In this document: positions 50,080 through 63,143 of the stretch, piece after piece | How positions within the stretch are numbered: position 1 is the stretch's first letter | Layout: each line of letters begins with the position of its first letter | Assembly (NCBI RefSeq): GCF_036971445.1 | Contig: NC_091478.1 | Span: 4,898,001 to 4,962,000, forward strand | Length of the DNA: 64,000 nucleotides | Direction: 5' to 3' | Source of the DNA: Narcine bancroftii | Lineage: Eukaryota | Translations under genes and position numbers: made by a program | Notes under the pieces: model-generated | Database searches by the model: none | What the model saw: the letters and a program-made list of their open reading frames with translations, nothing else | Told to the model about the DNA's origin: nothing

Positions 50080-53000
50080 TGTGGTGGCCCGCTACCTGAT
50101 AGGCGTCCTGTCACACAAGATGGCGGTTGAACTCGGTGTTCCTGCAACTAAATGGCCTCTCTTCCGGGCTGCAGGCCGTGCGGCAGGAAATGATGAGCAC
50201 TTGGGGGAACGCCAAACAATTGGCAGTCAGCAAGCCTGTGATGTCATTTCCACCAGAAGTGGCAGGACAACTAGGCCCAGTAGGTCTATGCAAAGCAGGG
50301 CAAACCAGTATTGACTGTATTTACAGTGCATGGGTGTCTTGCTTTTGCACCTTGATGTAGCATGTACTATATTGGTGACACCAACCAGTCCAAACAGCGT
50401 TTTGGACCCAACGATGAAAGAACAAGCAACACTATGCAGTTTCTGGACTTCACAGCTGCTGGTGTGGTTCAAGCAGGCAGAGGCTCAGTTCCAGCTATGA
50501 GAGATCACAGCTGATGCCACAAGGTACTACCACGTGATGAGCTCAGTCAACCAGAACACAGCCACTAGGGCAGTCGATTTCCTCTGGAGCAAGGCAAAAG
50601 TGTGGCCATAAAATAACTTTTAACTCACACTTTCGAGCTCTTGAAGTGCAAGTGCGCAGCCAGACTGTTTTATATGATTTGTTTGGGGGACAAAGCCCCT
50701 TCCACCCTCATGTGCAACATGTTAGTTTTAACTGATGGCCACAAACCTTGCCTGCTCTTTGAGCAGATTTTCCTGGAGCAACTACAGGAGGATATCCAAC
50801 TGCTGCTCACCGAGGAGGATTTCAGCGACCCCAGGAAGGTTGCAGCCCCAGTGGGCATGCTCTGGGGAGCAAAAAGAGACACCAACGTTGTGGTGGAGCA
50901 AGTCGCAAGGCATCGCATGCAGTGGACGACCAGACTGCCGCAGCCGACTGGCAGGCCAACGGCCCTTCCCACTGAGCATTACTGTTTCTCTCACCAGCAG
51001 TGGGGTTCGGAGGCTTGCTGACGTTGCGAGCTCTGCACTTTCCAGGGAAACGCCGTGGCCGAGCATCGCTAGTAGCTGCCGGCCAATGAGAGCCTCCTCC
51101 ACATGTGGGACTCCCTATCGGGGAGATGGTTCCTAGTTGACATGGGGGCTGAGATCAGCGTCCTGCCTCCCTCACCCTATGACACCAGTTATGGGAAGCC
51201 AGGCCCATCCCAGAGGGCAGCGAACAATTCCAATTCAAGAACTTTCAGCACCTACACCATACCACTTTGCTTCAGGGACAACCATTTCACGTGGACATTG
51301 ACCCTGGCGGCAGTGCAACAATCACTCCTGGGAGTGGACTTCTTCAGGGTTCACTGCCTGTTAGTGGACCTCTCAAGGGGCGACAGCTAGTACACACCAA
51401 GACTTTCCAAACCTTCTCCCTGGGGAAGGCCAAGCTACCCACCCCCCAGCTACATTCAATCTCCGCCACCAATGAGATCGTACACTTACTGGAAAAATTC
51501 CCCTCCATCGTGGTGCAATAGTTTACCTCAGCAGAACCGAAACAAGGGGGGACAGAACCGAAACAAGGGGGGACAGAACCGAAACAAGGGGGGACAGAAC
51601 CGAAACAAGGGGGGACAGAACCGAAACAAGGGGGGACAGAACCGAAACAAGGGGGGACAGAACCGAAACAAGGGGGGACAGAACCGAAACAAGGGGGGAC
51701 AGAACCGAAACAAGGGGGGACAGAACCGAAACAAGGGGGGACAGAACCGAAACAAGGGGGGACAGAACCGAAACAAGGGGGGACAGAACCGAAACAAGGG
51801 GGGACAGAACCGAAACAAGGGGGGACAGAACCGAAACAAGGGGGGACAGAACCGAAACAAGGGGGGACAGAACCGAAACAAGGGGGGACAGAACCGAAAC
51901 AAGGGGGGACAGAACCGAAACAAGGGGGGACAGAACCGAAACAAGGGGGGACAGAACCGAAACAAGGGGGGACAGAACCGAAACAAGGGGGGACAGAACC
52001 GAAACAAGGGGGGACAGAACCGAAACAAGGGGGGACAGAACCGAAACAAGGGGGGACAGAACCGAAACAAGGGGGGACAGAACCGAAACAAGGGGGGACA
52101 GAACCGAAACAAGGGGGGACAGAACCGAAACAAGGGGGGACAGAACCGAAACAAGGGGGGACAGAACCGAAACAAGGGGGGACAGAACCGAAACAAGGGG
52201 GGACAGAACCGAAACAAGGGGGGACAGAACCGAAACAAGGGGGGACAGAACCGAAACAAGGGGGGACAGAACCGAAACAAGGGGGGACAGAACCGAAACA
52301 AGGGGGGACAGAACCGAAACAAGGGGGGACAGAACCGAAACAAGGGGGGACAGAACCGAAACAAGGGGGGACAGAACCGAAACAAGGGGGGACAGAACCG
52401 AAACAAGGGGGGACAGAACCGAAACAAGGGGGGACAGAACCGAAACAAGGGGGGACAGAACCGAAACAAGGGGGGACAGAACCGAAACAAGGGGGGACAG
52501 AACCGAAACAAGGGGGGACAGAACCGAAACAAGGGGGGACAGAACCGAAACAAGGGGGGACAGAACCGAAACAAGGGGGGACAGAACCGAAACAAGGGGG
52601 GACAGAACCGAAACAAGGGGGGACAGAACCGAAACAAGGGGGGACAGAACCGAAACAAGGGGGGACAGAACCGAAACAAGGGGGGACAGAACCGAAACAA
52701 GGGGGGACAGAACCGAAACAAGGGGGGACAGAACCGAAACAAGGGGGGACAGAACCGAAACAAGGGGGGACAGAACCGAAACAAGGGGGGACAGAACCGA
52801 AACAAGGGGGGACAGAACCGAAACAAGGGGGGACAGAACCGAAACAAGGGGGGACAGAACCGAAACAAGGGGGGACAGAACCGAAACAAGGGGGGACAGA
52901 ACCGAAACAAGGGGGGACAGAACCGAAACAAGGGGGGACAGAACCGAAACAAGGGGGGACAGAACCGAAACAAGGGGGGACAGAACCGAAACAAGGGGGG

Positions 53001-56000
53001 ACAGAACCGAAACAAGGGGGGACAGAACCGAAACAAGGGGGACAGAACCGAAACAAGGGGGGACAGAACCGAAACAAGGGGGGACAGAACCGAAACAAGG
53101 GGGGACAGAACCGAAACAAGGGGGGACAGAACCGAAACAAGGGGGGACAGAACCGAAACAAGGGGGGACAGAACCGAAACAAGGGGGGACAGAACCGAAA
53201 CAAGGGGGGACAGAACCGAAACAAGGGGGGACAGAACCGAAACAAGGGGGGACAGAACCGAAACAAGGGGGGACAGAACCGAAACAAGGGGGGACAGAAC
53301 CGAAACAAGGGGGGACAGAACCGAAACAAGGGGGGACAGAACCGAAACAAGGGGGGACAGAACCGAAACAAGGGGGGACAGAACCGAAACAAGGGGGGAC
53401 AGAACCGAAACAAGGGGGGACAGAACCGAAACAAGGGGGGACAGAACCGAAACAAGGGGGGACAGAACCGAAACAAGGGGGGACAGAACCGAAACAAGGG
53501 GGGACAGAACCGAAACAAGGGGGGACAGAACCGAAACAAGGGGGGACAGAACCGAAACAAGGGGGGACAGAACCGAAACAAGGGGGGACAGAACCGAAAC
53601 AAGGGGGGACAGAACCGAAACAAGGGGGGACAGAACCGAAACAAGGGGGGACAGAACCGAAACAAGGGGGGACAGAACCGAAACAAGGGGGGACAGAACC
53701 GAAACAAGGGGGGACAGAACCGAAACAAGGGGGGACAGAACCGAAACAAGGGGGGACAGAACCGAAACAAGGGGGGACAGAACCGAAACAAGGGGGGACA
53801 GAACCGAAACAAGGGGGGACAGAACCGAAACAAGGGGGGACAGAACCGAAACAAGGGGGGACAGAACCGAAACAAGGGGGGACAGAACCGAAACAAGGGG
53901 GGACAGAACCGAAACAAGGGGGGACAGAACCGAAACAAGGGGGGACAGAACCGAAACAAGGGGGGACAGAACCGAAACAAGGGGGGACAGAACCGAAACA
54001 AGGGGGGACAGAACCGAAACAAGGGGGGACAGAACCGAAACAAGGGGGGACAGAACCGAAACAAGGGGGGACAGAACCGAAACAAGGGGGGACAGAACCG
54101 AAACAAGGGGGGACAGAACCGAAACAAGGGGGGACAGAACCGAAACAAGGGGGGACAGAACCGAAACAAGGGGGGACAGAACCGAAACAAGGGGGGACAG
54201 AACCGAAACAAGGGGGGACAGAACCGAAACAAGGGGGGACAGAACCGAAACAAGGGGGGACAGAACCGAAACAAGGGGGGACAGAACCGAAACAAGGGGG
54301 GACAGAACCGAAACAAGGGGGGACAGAACCGAAACAAGGGGGGACAGACAGAACCGAAACAAGGGGGACAGACAGAACCGAAACAAGGGGGACAGACAGA
54401 ACCGAAACAAGGGGGACAGACAGAACCGAAACAAGGGGGACAGACAGAACCGAAACAAGGGGGACAGACAGAACCGAAACAAGGGGGACAGACAGAACCG
54501 AAACAAGGGGGACAGACAGAACCGAAACAAGGGGGGACAGAACCGAAACAAGGGGGGACAGAACCGAAACAAGGGGGGACAGAACCGAAACAAGGGGGGA
54601 CAGAACCGAAACAAGGGGGGACAGACAGAACCGAAACAAGGGGGGACAGACAGAACCGAAACAAGGGGGGACAGACAGAACCGAAACAAGGGGGGACAGA
54701 ACCGAAACAAGGGGGGACAGAACCGAAACAAGGGGGACAGACAGAACCGAAACAAGGGGGACAGACAGAACCGAAACAAGGGGGACAGACAGAACCGAAA
54801 CAAGGGGGACAGACAGAACCGAAACAAGGGGGACAGACAGAACCGAAACAAGGGGGACAGACAGAACCGAAACAAGGGGGACAGACAGAACCGAAACAAG
54901 GGGGACAGACAGAACCGAAACAAGGGGGACAGACAGAACCGAAACAAGGGGGACAGACAGAACCGAAACAAGGGGGACAGACAGAACCGAAACAAGGGGG
55001 ACAGACAGAACCGAAACAAGGGGGACAGACAGAACCGAAACAAGGGGGACAGACAGAACCGAAACAAGGGGGACAGACAGAACCGAAACAAGGGGGACAG
55101 ACAGAACCGAAACAAGGGGGACAGACAGAACCGAAACAAGGGGGACAGACAGAACCGAAACAAGGGGGACAGACAGAACCGAAACAAGGGGGACAGACAG
55201 AACCGAAACAAGGGGGACAGACAGAACCGAAACAAGGGGGACAGACAGAACCGAAACAAGGGGGACAGACAGAACCGAAACAAGGGGGACAGACAGAACC
55301 GAAACAAGGGGGACAGACAGAACCGAAACAAGGGGGACAGACAGAACCGAAACAAGGGGGACAGACAGAACCGAAACAAGGGGGACAGACAGAACCGAAA
55401 CAAGGGGGACAGACAGAACCGAAACAAGGGGGACAGACAGAACCGAAACAAGGGGGACAGACAGAACCGAAACAAGGGGGACAGACAGAACCGAAACAAG
55501 GGGGACAGACAGAACCGAAACAAGGGGGACAGACAGAACCGAAACAAGGGGGACAGACAGAACCGAAACAAGGGGGACAGACAGAACCGAAACAAGGGGG
55601 ACAGACAGAACCGAAACAAGGGGGACAGACAGAACCGAAACAAGGGGGACAGACAGAACCGAAACAAGGGGGACAGACAGAACCGAAACAAGGGGGACAG
55701 AACCGAAACAAGGGGGACAGAACCGAAACAAGGGGGACAGAACCGAAACAAGGGGGACAGAACCGAAACAAGGGGGACAGAACCGAAACAAGGGGGACAG
55801 AACCGAAACAAGGGGGACAGAACCGAAACAAGGGGGACAGAACCGAAACAAGGGGGACAGAACCGAAACAAGGGGGACAGAACCGAAACAAGGGGGACAG
55901 AACCGAAACAAGGGGGACAGAACCGAAACAAGGGGGACAGAACCGAAACAAGGGGGACAGAACCGAAACAAGGGGGACAGAACCGAAACAAGGGGGACAG

Positions 56001-56303
56001 AACCGAAACAAGGGGGACAGAACCGAAACAAGGGGGACAGAACCGAAACAAGGGGGACAGAACCGAAACAAGGGGGACAGAACCGAAACAAGGGGGACAG
56101 AACCGAAACAAGGGGGACAGAACCGAAACAAGGGGGACAGAACCGAAACAAGGGGGACAGAACCGAAACAAGGGGGACAGAACCGAAACAAGGGGGACAG
56201 AACCGAAACAAGGGGGACAGAACCGAAACAAGGGGGACAGCACCACATCCTAACAAAGTGTCCTCCCTCTCCACGCCAGGGCACTCTGCCTCCCCCCCTC
56301 AAG
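50080..56303 (+). mobile_element. Decayed Ty3/Gypsy LTR retrotransposon (5' LTR about 50080-50371, PBS, gag, protease, start of RT), antisense in the last GLRX3 intron
   Basis: TG start; PBS-like TTGGTGAC at 50372; gag-like WFKQAEAQF..ITADATRYYHV; protease-like FLVDMGAEISVLP and LLGVDF; pol AEPKQGG|QHHILTK interrupted by the satellite. Confidence 0.85.
51532..56240. repeat. 4.7-kb satellite of 21-, 24/25- and 20-bp unit variants (CAGAACCGAAACAAGGGGG[G]A[CAGA])
   Basis: 21-mers about 51532-54345, 24/25/21 mix to about 54730, 24-mers to 55680, 20-mers 55681-56240. Confidence 0.97.
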
Positions 56304-57193
56304 AATCCGATTTAATAATGATTAAGCTTAAAATCTACCTCTGGAGGAGTGTTGCAGTTTAAGGATGCTGCTTTGTTTTAAAAGTTAACACAAATACCTC
56401 TCGAGTGAACATAAAAGGGGTCTAATTGAAATGCTATGCACAAATTTTCTACCTTACCATAATGATTATTCATCAAATGTAGTAGCAATGTAATATTTTG
56501 AAGTTGAAGTTGAAAAAGATACTCAATAAAATGCAGGTTCTTCCTACATAAATATCTAGGATCAGAGTCAAGGAAACTGGGGCAGGACACGACATCATTC
56601 GACCCCACTATTCAACATGATCATGGCTGATCTTTCTCAGGTTCATCTTTTCTTCTCTGCTGGCTTTCTAAAGTTTTAATTCAATGATTAAAGTTTTAAT
56701 TCAATGATCTTTCAAAAAGGTATCCAATTCATTTTTAAATACACTATGATCCAGCCCCATCAAGTCACTGGAGGAGAGAATTTAAGATTCACATCCTGCT
56801 GTGAGAAGTTCCTACAGTTTTAAATGAATGTCCTTAATCTTCTCAATATGGCTTCCAATTCCAAATTTATTAGTAGTGGAAACTTAACATCTACCTTGTC
56901 GTTTCCTTTAGTAAGGTGTTAATTACTGAACAACCCTCTCTTTCCAGGAATTAGCCTTGAAGTCTGATTTTGAACTATCTCCAATGCCATGCTATCCTTT
57001 CTTAAATTATGGGACTAAAACTAGGCACAGTACCCCAGGTGTGACCTCACCAGTACCAATACAAATAAAAATATTCAAAACTCCAACACTCTAATAACAA
57101 CAAAATGCCATTGCCTTCCTGATCACTTGATGTACTTGCCTACTTTTGAATTTAGTGCACAAATGCATCTCAATACTCAATCATCTGCAATCG

Positions 57194-59320
57194 TACCCCC
57201 CCCACAAACCTACCCCCCCCCACAACCTACCCCCCCCTCAACCTACCCCCCCCCTCAACCTACCCCCCCCTCTACCTCAACCTACCCCCCCCCTCACCTA
57301 CACCCCCCCCTCAACCTACCCCCGCCCTCAACCTACCCCCCCCTCAACCTACCCCCCCCTCAACCATACCCCCCCCTCAACCTACCCCCCCCTCAACCTA
57401 CCCCCCCCCTCAACCTACCCCCCCCCCTCAACCTACCCCCCCCCTCAAACCTACCCCCCCCCTCAACCTACCCCCCCCCTCACCTACCCCCCCCCTCAAC
57501 CTACCCCCCCTCAACCTACCCCCTCCCTCAACCTACCCCCTCCCTCAACCTACCCCCTCCCTCAACCTACCCCACCTCTCCCCTCAACCTACCCCCCTCC
57601 CTCAACCTACCCCTCCCTCAACCTACCCCCTCCCTCAACCTACCCCCTCCCTCAACCTAACCCCTCCCTCAACCTACCCCCCCTCCCTCAACCTACCCCC
57701 TCCCTCAACCTACCCCCTCCCTCAACCTACCCCCTCCCTCAACCTACCCCCTCCCTCAACCTACCCCCTCCCTCAACCTACCCCCTCCCTCAACCTACCC
57801 CCATCCCTCAACCTACCCCCTCCTCAACCTACCCCCTCCCTCAACCTACCCCCTCCCTCAACTACCCCCTCCCTCAAACCTAGCCCCTCCCTCAACCTAC
57901 CCCCTCCCTCAACCTACCCCCTCCCTCAACCTACCCCTCCCTCAACCTACCCCCTCCCTCAACCTACCCCCTCCCTCAACCTACCCCCTCCCTCAACCTA
58001 CCCCCCTCCCTCAACCTACCCTCCATCACCTCAACCTACCCCCTCCTTCAACCTACCCCCTCCCTCAACCAACCCCCTCCCTCAACCCTACCCCCTCCCT
58101 CAACCTACCCCCTCCCTCAACCTACCCCCTCCCTCAACCTACCCCCTCCCTCAACCTACCCCCTCCCTCACCTACCCCCTCCCTCAACCTACCCCCTCCC
58201 TCAACCTACCCCCCCCCACAACCTACCCCCCCCACAACCTACCCCCCCCACACCTAACCCCCCCCACAACCTACCCCCCCCTCAACCTACCCCTCCCTCA
58301 ACCTACCCCTCCCTCAACCTAACCCCTCCCTCAACCTACCCCTCCCTCAACCTAACCCTCCCTCAACCTCCCCCTCCCTCAACCTACCCCCCTCCCTCAA
58401 CCTACCCCCTCCCCTAAACCTACCCCCTCCCTCAACCTGACCCCCTCCCTCAACCTACCCCTCCCTCAACCTACCCCCTCCCTCAACCTACCCCCTCCCT
58501 CAACCTACCCCCTCCCTCAACCTACCCCCTCCCTCAACCTACCCCCTCCCTCAACCTACCCCCTCCCTCAACCTACCCCCTCCCTCAACCCTACTCCCTC
58601 CTCAAATCTACTCCCTCCCTCAATCTACTCCCTCCCTCAATCTACCCCCTCCCTCAATCTACCCCCCCACAACCTACCCTCCCTCAACCTACCCCCTCCC
58701 TCAACCTACCCCTCCCTCAACCTACCCCCTCCCTCAACCTACCCCCCTCCCTCAACCTACCCCCTCCCTCACACCTACCCCGTCCTCAACCTACCCCTCC
58801 CTCAACCTACCCCCTCCCTCAACCTACCCCCTCCCTCAACTACCCCCTCCCTCAACCTACCCCCTCCCTCAACCTACCCCCCCCTCAACCTACCCCCTCC
58901 CTCAATCCTACACCCCCTCCCTCAATCTACCCCCATCCCTCAATCTACCCCCTCCCTCAATCTACCCCCTCCCTCAATCTACCCCCCCTCAATCTACCCC
59001 CCTCAATCTACCCCCCTCAACCTACCCCTCCCTCAACCTACCCCCCCTCAACCTACCCCCCCTCAACCTACCCCCCTCAACCTACCCCCCCTCAACCTAC
59101 CCCCCTCAACCTACCCCCTCCCTCAATCTACCCCCCCTCAATCTACCCCCCCTCAATCTACCCCCCCCTCAATCTACCCCCCCCTCAATCTACCCCCCCT
59201 CAATCTACCCCCCTCATCTACCCCCCCACAACCTACCCCTCCCTCAACTACCCCCCCCTCAATCTACCCCCTCCCTCAATCTACCCCATCCCTCAATCTA
59301 CCCCCACCCAATCTACCTAC
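57194..59320. repeat. About 2.1-kb C-rich variable array (CCCTCAACCTACCCCCT-like) within a minus-strand CR1 remnant (about 56555-59730)
   Basis: Directly visible; variable C-run lengths; AACC shifts to AATC toward the right end. Confidence 0.93.
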
Positions 59321-59797
59321 CATATCTGAGGTTACAGAGTGCCAACATCCTCATCACTACACACACTTTCACCTCTTTTCTTCTCATCAGCAAACACAGA
59401 TACCTTGCATATCACCCTGATCATTAATACAACCATAAATAAATGAGTGGCCAAGAATTGATCCTTAAGGGCATTTAACTAGTTACAAACTTCCAGTTTG
59501 AAAAATACCCACTTGTTCTTGCTCTTCTAAACAAAAACAATTTTTAATTTAACAGACTTCCCTCAATCCCAAAAACCCTAAATTTTTACTCCACCCTTTA
59601 TATAAACCTCGTCAAATGTCTTCTGAAAATCCAAATGCCATGCCTAACTAGTTAACTTACATCAACTCTGCTTGATAAATCTTCAAAAAGACTTCCAAAT
59701 TTGTCCAACAAGATCTACTTTTCATAAGTACTTCTCACGCAAGGAAAAATTCTGCATAGACCTTGCCAGTTACCTTTAGGCAGTTATTTAAAATTAC

Positions 59798-59890
59798 CTT
59801 TACAATATCCAGTCCACCAATAAGGTTACCATTCACATAAAGTTGTGGATATGTTGGCCAGTTGGAAAACGTCTTTAATCCATGCCTCAC
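59798..59890 (-). CDS. GLRX3: GLRX3 coding exon ([31 protein letters not shown])
   Basis: WPTYPQLY and GGLD Grx motifs; 93 nt, phase 0/0; cag acceptor, gtaat donor. Confidence 0.97.
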
Positions 59891-62584
59891 CTGCACCATT
59901 GGAATTTGCAGAGTTAAGTACAAAACTTTCATGGATTAACTATTTTAAAATGTAATCTTTTAAATAATCAAATAGCAGACATTTTGCTTCATTAATCAAC
60001 AATATGGTCAATGTAAGGTTTCTTGATTTTATGACCAAACTATGAAGTATTCGAATTATGAAACATTAAGCCTTCATGACAAATTTTCACAAAATATAGT
60101 ATGACTTGCAAAGTGATGGATTAGCCATAAAAAAACTTCAAAAATAAAAAATGTGACAATCAAACACTAAGTAAAATTTCTTAGTACCATCTCTTTAGAA
60201 ACAAATTGCATTTTGATATTGATTATTGACAAAGTTTTTCTAAAGCCTACTGTGTTTTATGGACAGGAAATAGAAGAATGATTTCCCAAGCCACCCAAAT
60301 TCATATTGTGGGTTCATTCCACTAATCATTCTCCAAAATATTTTTTGCTTTACTGACTATTAAATCTAACAAGTAGCAATAAAATTGGTTGGTGAAAAAT
60401 TCCCAATTCTCCTCACAGAAAGAGCAACTGGTCTCCAGTGTAGTTGTTGCTAATCATGGTAGAAATGTTTTTTTTCTTTGCTGCATTCAGTCAGGTACAA
60501 TATGCTGACTGAATTGCCATTATGTGCATAATGGCAACAGAGCTCATGCTGCTTGAAACTCCATTCGTCTTGATGGAACAAATAAATTCCTCGGTTTTTT
60601 TCCAGGATAGATGTGGAGAGAAATACAGTTTATTACATTAGAAAAATTAGTGGTTATTCATTTAAGACAAATGAGGTGAGTTTTTCTCTGAAGGTAATGA
60701 AACTTAAAACTCTTCCCTAAAAGCCAATCATAAAATGTATTATAGATTTTTTTTAAGACAGAGGTAGTGAGATACTTGATGAACAAGGGGAAGTGGGGCA
60801 GGGCAGGGGGGTGAACCTTACTGCGAAATTGATCATTAATCTGATCAGTAAAACAAGATGCTCCCAATCCATCAGTTTTTTTTTAAGATTTTTTTTAAAA
60901 AGAATTTGAAGACAACAGTGCTTACAATTATATTGTGGACACTCACTTGGGATGCATGTATGCATAGTTAGGAATAAAAATCAAGACTTGCTGACCCAAG
61001 CTATCCTGTTACAGAAACATCAATATGGCTGCAACTCGTCAAAAGATTTTGCACAGAACACAAAGGCAGATTGAGCAATTGTATGTTCACTACCTATTAA
61101 AAAAAGACCTGATCTTATTTTCCCCCGATCTATCTATTCTGGGACAAACCATGATTGTATTTAAATGCCAAGTTTTACTTAGCTCCATTATGTCTTTCTG
61201 GCATTGAAAATGTATTCACTTTTAACACCAACTTTCTTCTCTCTTTTGCTTTCCATATATGATTGGAAATTTTAAAATTTTAAATTATATCAAGTAAAGT
61301 CTTCATACTTCATTAGAATTATTCAATCTAATTAGTTAAGGAGATACACAGTCACTTGCTTAGTTTGCCTGTGAAGGACAATAATGAGAAAATCCAGGTC
61401 AATGCAAAGCAACACTGCAATGTGTCAACGTTCATCGCTCATAATATAAAGATAATATTTTGCATGGCCTTTAAATTCATTCTGTTACAACCCATCCAAC
61501 AGCTTACATCAGTGTTTTCTATTCTATGCATTCCTCATCAGTCAGAGGTAACTTAAAAGTCACTGCATGTATTTTAATGATACTTTGCAATATATAATCA
61601 AACCAAACATTTAATTCCTCAATAATTCAAATTTATAAGATCATTTATTTTCAATTTAGCAATTACAACTTAACCACTCCAAAACAAAAGGGACATCAGT
61701 CACATAGAAATTCAGCACACTGCCACAAAAACAACCTGCTTCCTTTTAATGGAATACAGAAGTATGTCAGGTTTTGGTCTGTATCTGTAGTGTGGGTACT
61801 AATGTTTTAATAGAGCAACTGAATAAAGTGAATTAGTCACGACAAGCAGCATTGAAGAGCAGGGGAAATATTCAAAGTAGAGGTGAAAAATACAGGTTAA
61901 GCCACCCACGCTGCATTCCACAGAGTTGTCTGGCAGTAGAAAAATAATACATTCTGAGATCAGCCTTTTAAAAGGGAAAATGGAAATATTGATGGGATAT
62001 AATGTTCCATACCAAGAATTTCAATCTACGGTACTCAAAATTAGACTAACCATCTTTTACTAAAGGTCTATTGACCAAATCAAGATTATAACTGGGAAAT
62101 GTATAGTAAAATAGGATAACCAAAAGAAAATTTGACAAAACACAAGTTGACCTCATCTTGCAACAATGGTGATTTGTACTGCAGGGAAAAAGGTGGCAAA
62201 CTTGACTTGGTCTTTGCCAAGCTGATTGAGAAATAGGGGTCGCTTTAAACTTTGCTATTAGGTACAATGCTGCTGTTACATACTGACACAAAGTAGCTTT
62301 ATAGAAAATCTAAACTCTACTAAAATTACTAAAAAATCAATTTAACACGACACATGCCAATCACAGAAATAACCTTAAAATGAAAAGATTGCAACAGACC
62401 CATGGGACCATTTTAATTTGTTGTATGGAAAAGAATGGGTTGGAACAAAAAAGTGATATTTAGGTGTCTTATCCTTCCATAAAGGAGACACATGGATATA
62501 GTTCTGCTACGAAATACAAAATATACACGTCTGGACTAACATTCATCTTAAACACAATTGTATGGAATGTAAAACAGAACTTAC

Positions 62585-62624
62585 TTCTTCGTCTTCCAAA
62601 ATGTTAAAGGTTTCATATTCAACA
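62585..62624 (-). CDS. GLRX3: GLRX3 coding exon ((G)VEYETFNILEDEE)
   Basis: 40-nt exon after a 96-nt intron; tag acceptor, gtaag donor; resembles vertebrate GLRX3 GVEYETFDILEDEE. Confidence 0.96.
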
Positions 62625-62720
62625 CTACATTAAAAGAAATCATGTTAACTTCTAAACTGAATGAACCAGAATTATTTAATTTACAGAAAAGTGACTTTGA
62701 AGACAAATGCTGACACTTAC

Positions 62721-62773
62721 CCAGTTTCATTTAGTATTTCAACGATGGCACGACTGAACCCACACTTTGCAAA
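62721..62773 (-). CDS. GLRX3: GLRX3 coding exon, last monothiol Grx domain (FAKCGFSRAIVEILNETG)
   Basis: Manual translation gives the CGFS monothiol glutaredoxin motif; acceptor tttag, donor gtaagt; 53 nt ending in phase 2, which matches the next exon. Confidence 0.96.
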
Positions 62774-62930
62774 CTAAACAATAAAATTATAACTGGATCA
62801 AGTATTGTCAGATATGCTCTTAAAAATTACCATTGTAAAATGCTGACTGGATGAATTTAAAAAAAAACTAAGATTAAAACTTGTTTGGTACACCATTTGG
62901 GAGCTTTGAAATACCAATGAAAAAGATATA

Positions 62931-63143
62931 CAGTAAAACCCATGGTATCCAGCACCCATGGAATTGGAAGATGCCAGATAAATGAATTTTCTGCTTGCCT
63001 GAAGTTGTGTTGTGTGATTGGCGAACTAACAGCAACATGCCAATTTTAAACTTCTATTTTTTTTTTTTAAAACCTATTTTCCTTTCCACAGTTATATTTT
63101 TTTTTGTTGGTTGCTTGAATTCCAGATAACAAGGGTTTTATTA
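62931..63143. mobile_element. TcMar/Tigger-like MITE in a GLRX3 intron
   Basis: TA-CAGTAAAACCC.TGGTATCCAG ... CCAGATAACAAGGGTTTTATTA inverted termini. Confidence 0.6.

Noticed and set aside
51344-56302. ORFs of about 1600 aa (CPPCFGSV keratin-associated-like, RGD repeats)
   Set aside because: Translations of a satellite lacking T on one strand and A on the other, so no stop can occur; it lies in a GLRX3 intron inside a dead Gypsy.
57194-59320. Interstitial telomere or extensin-like ORF
   Set aside because: The unit is not (CCCTAA)n, and C-run lengths vary freely, breaking any frame.
59735-59932. Standalone 65-aa glutaredoxin ORF
   Set aside because: Only 59798-59890 is exonic, with canonical splice sites; the flanks are intron.
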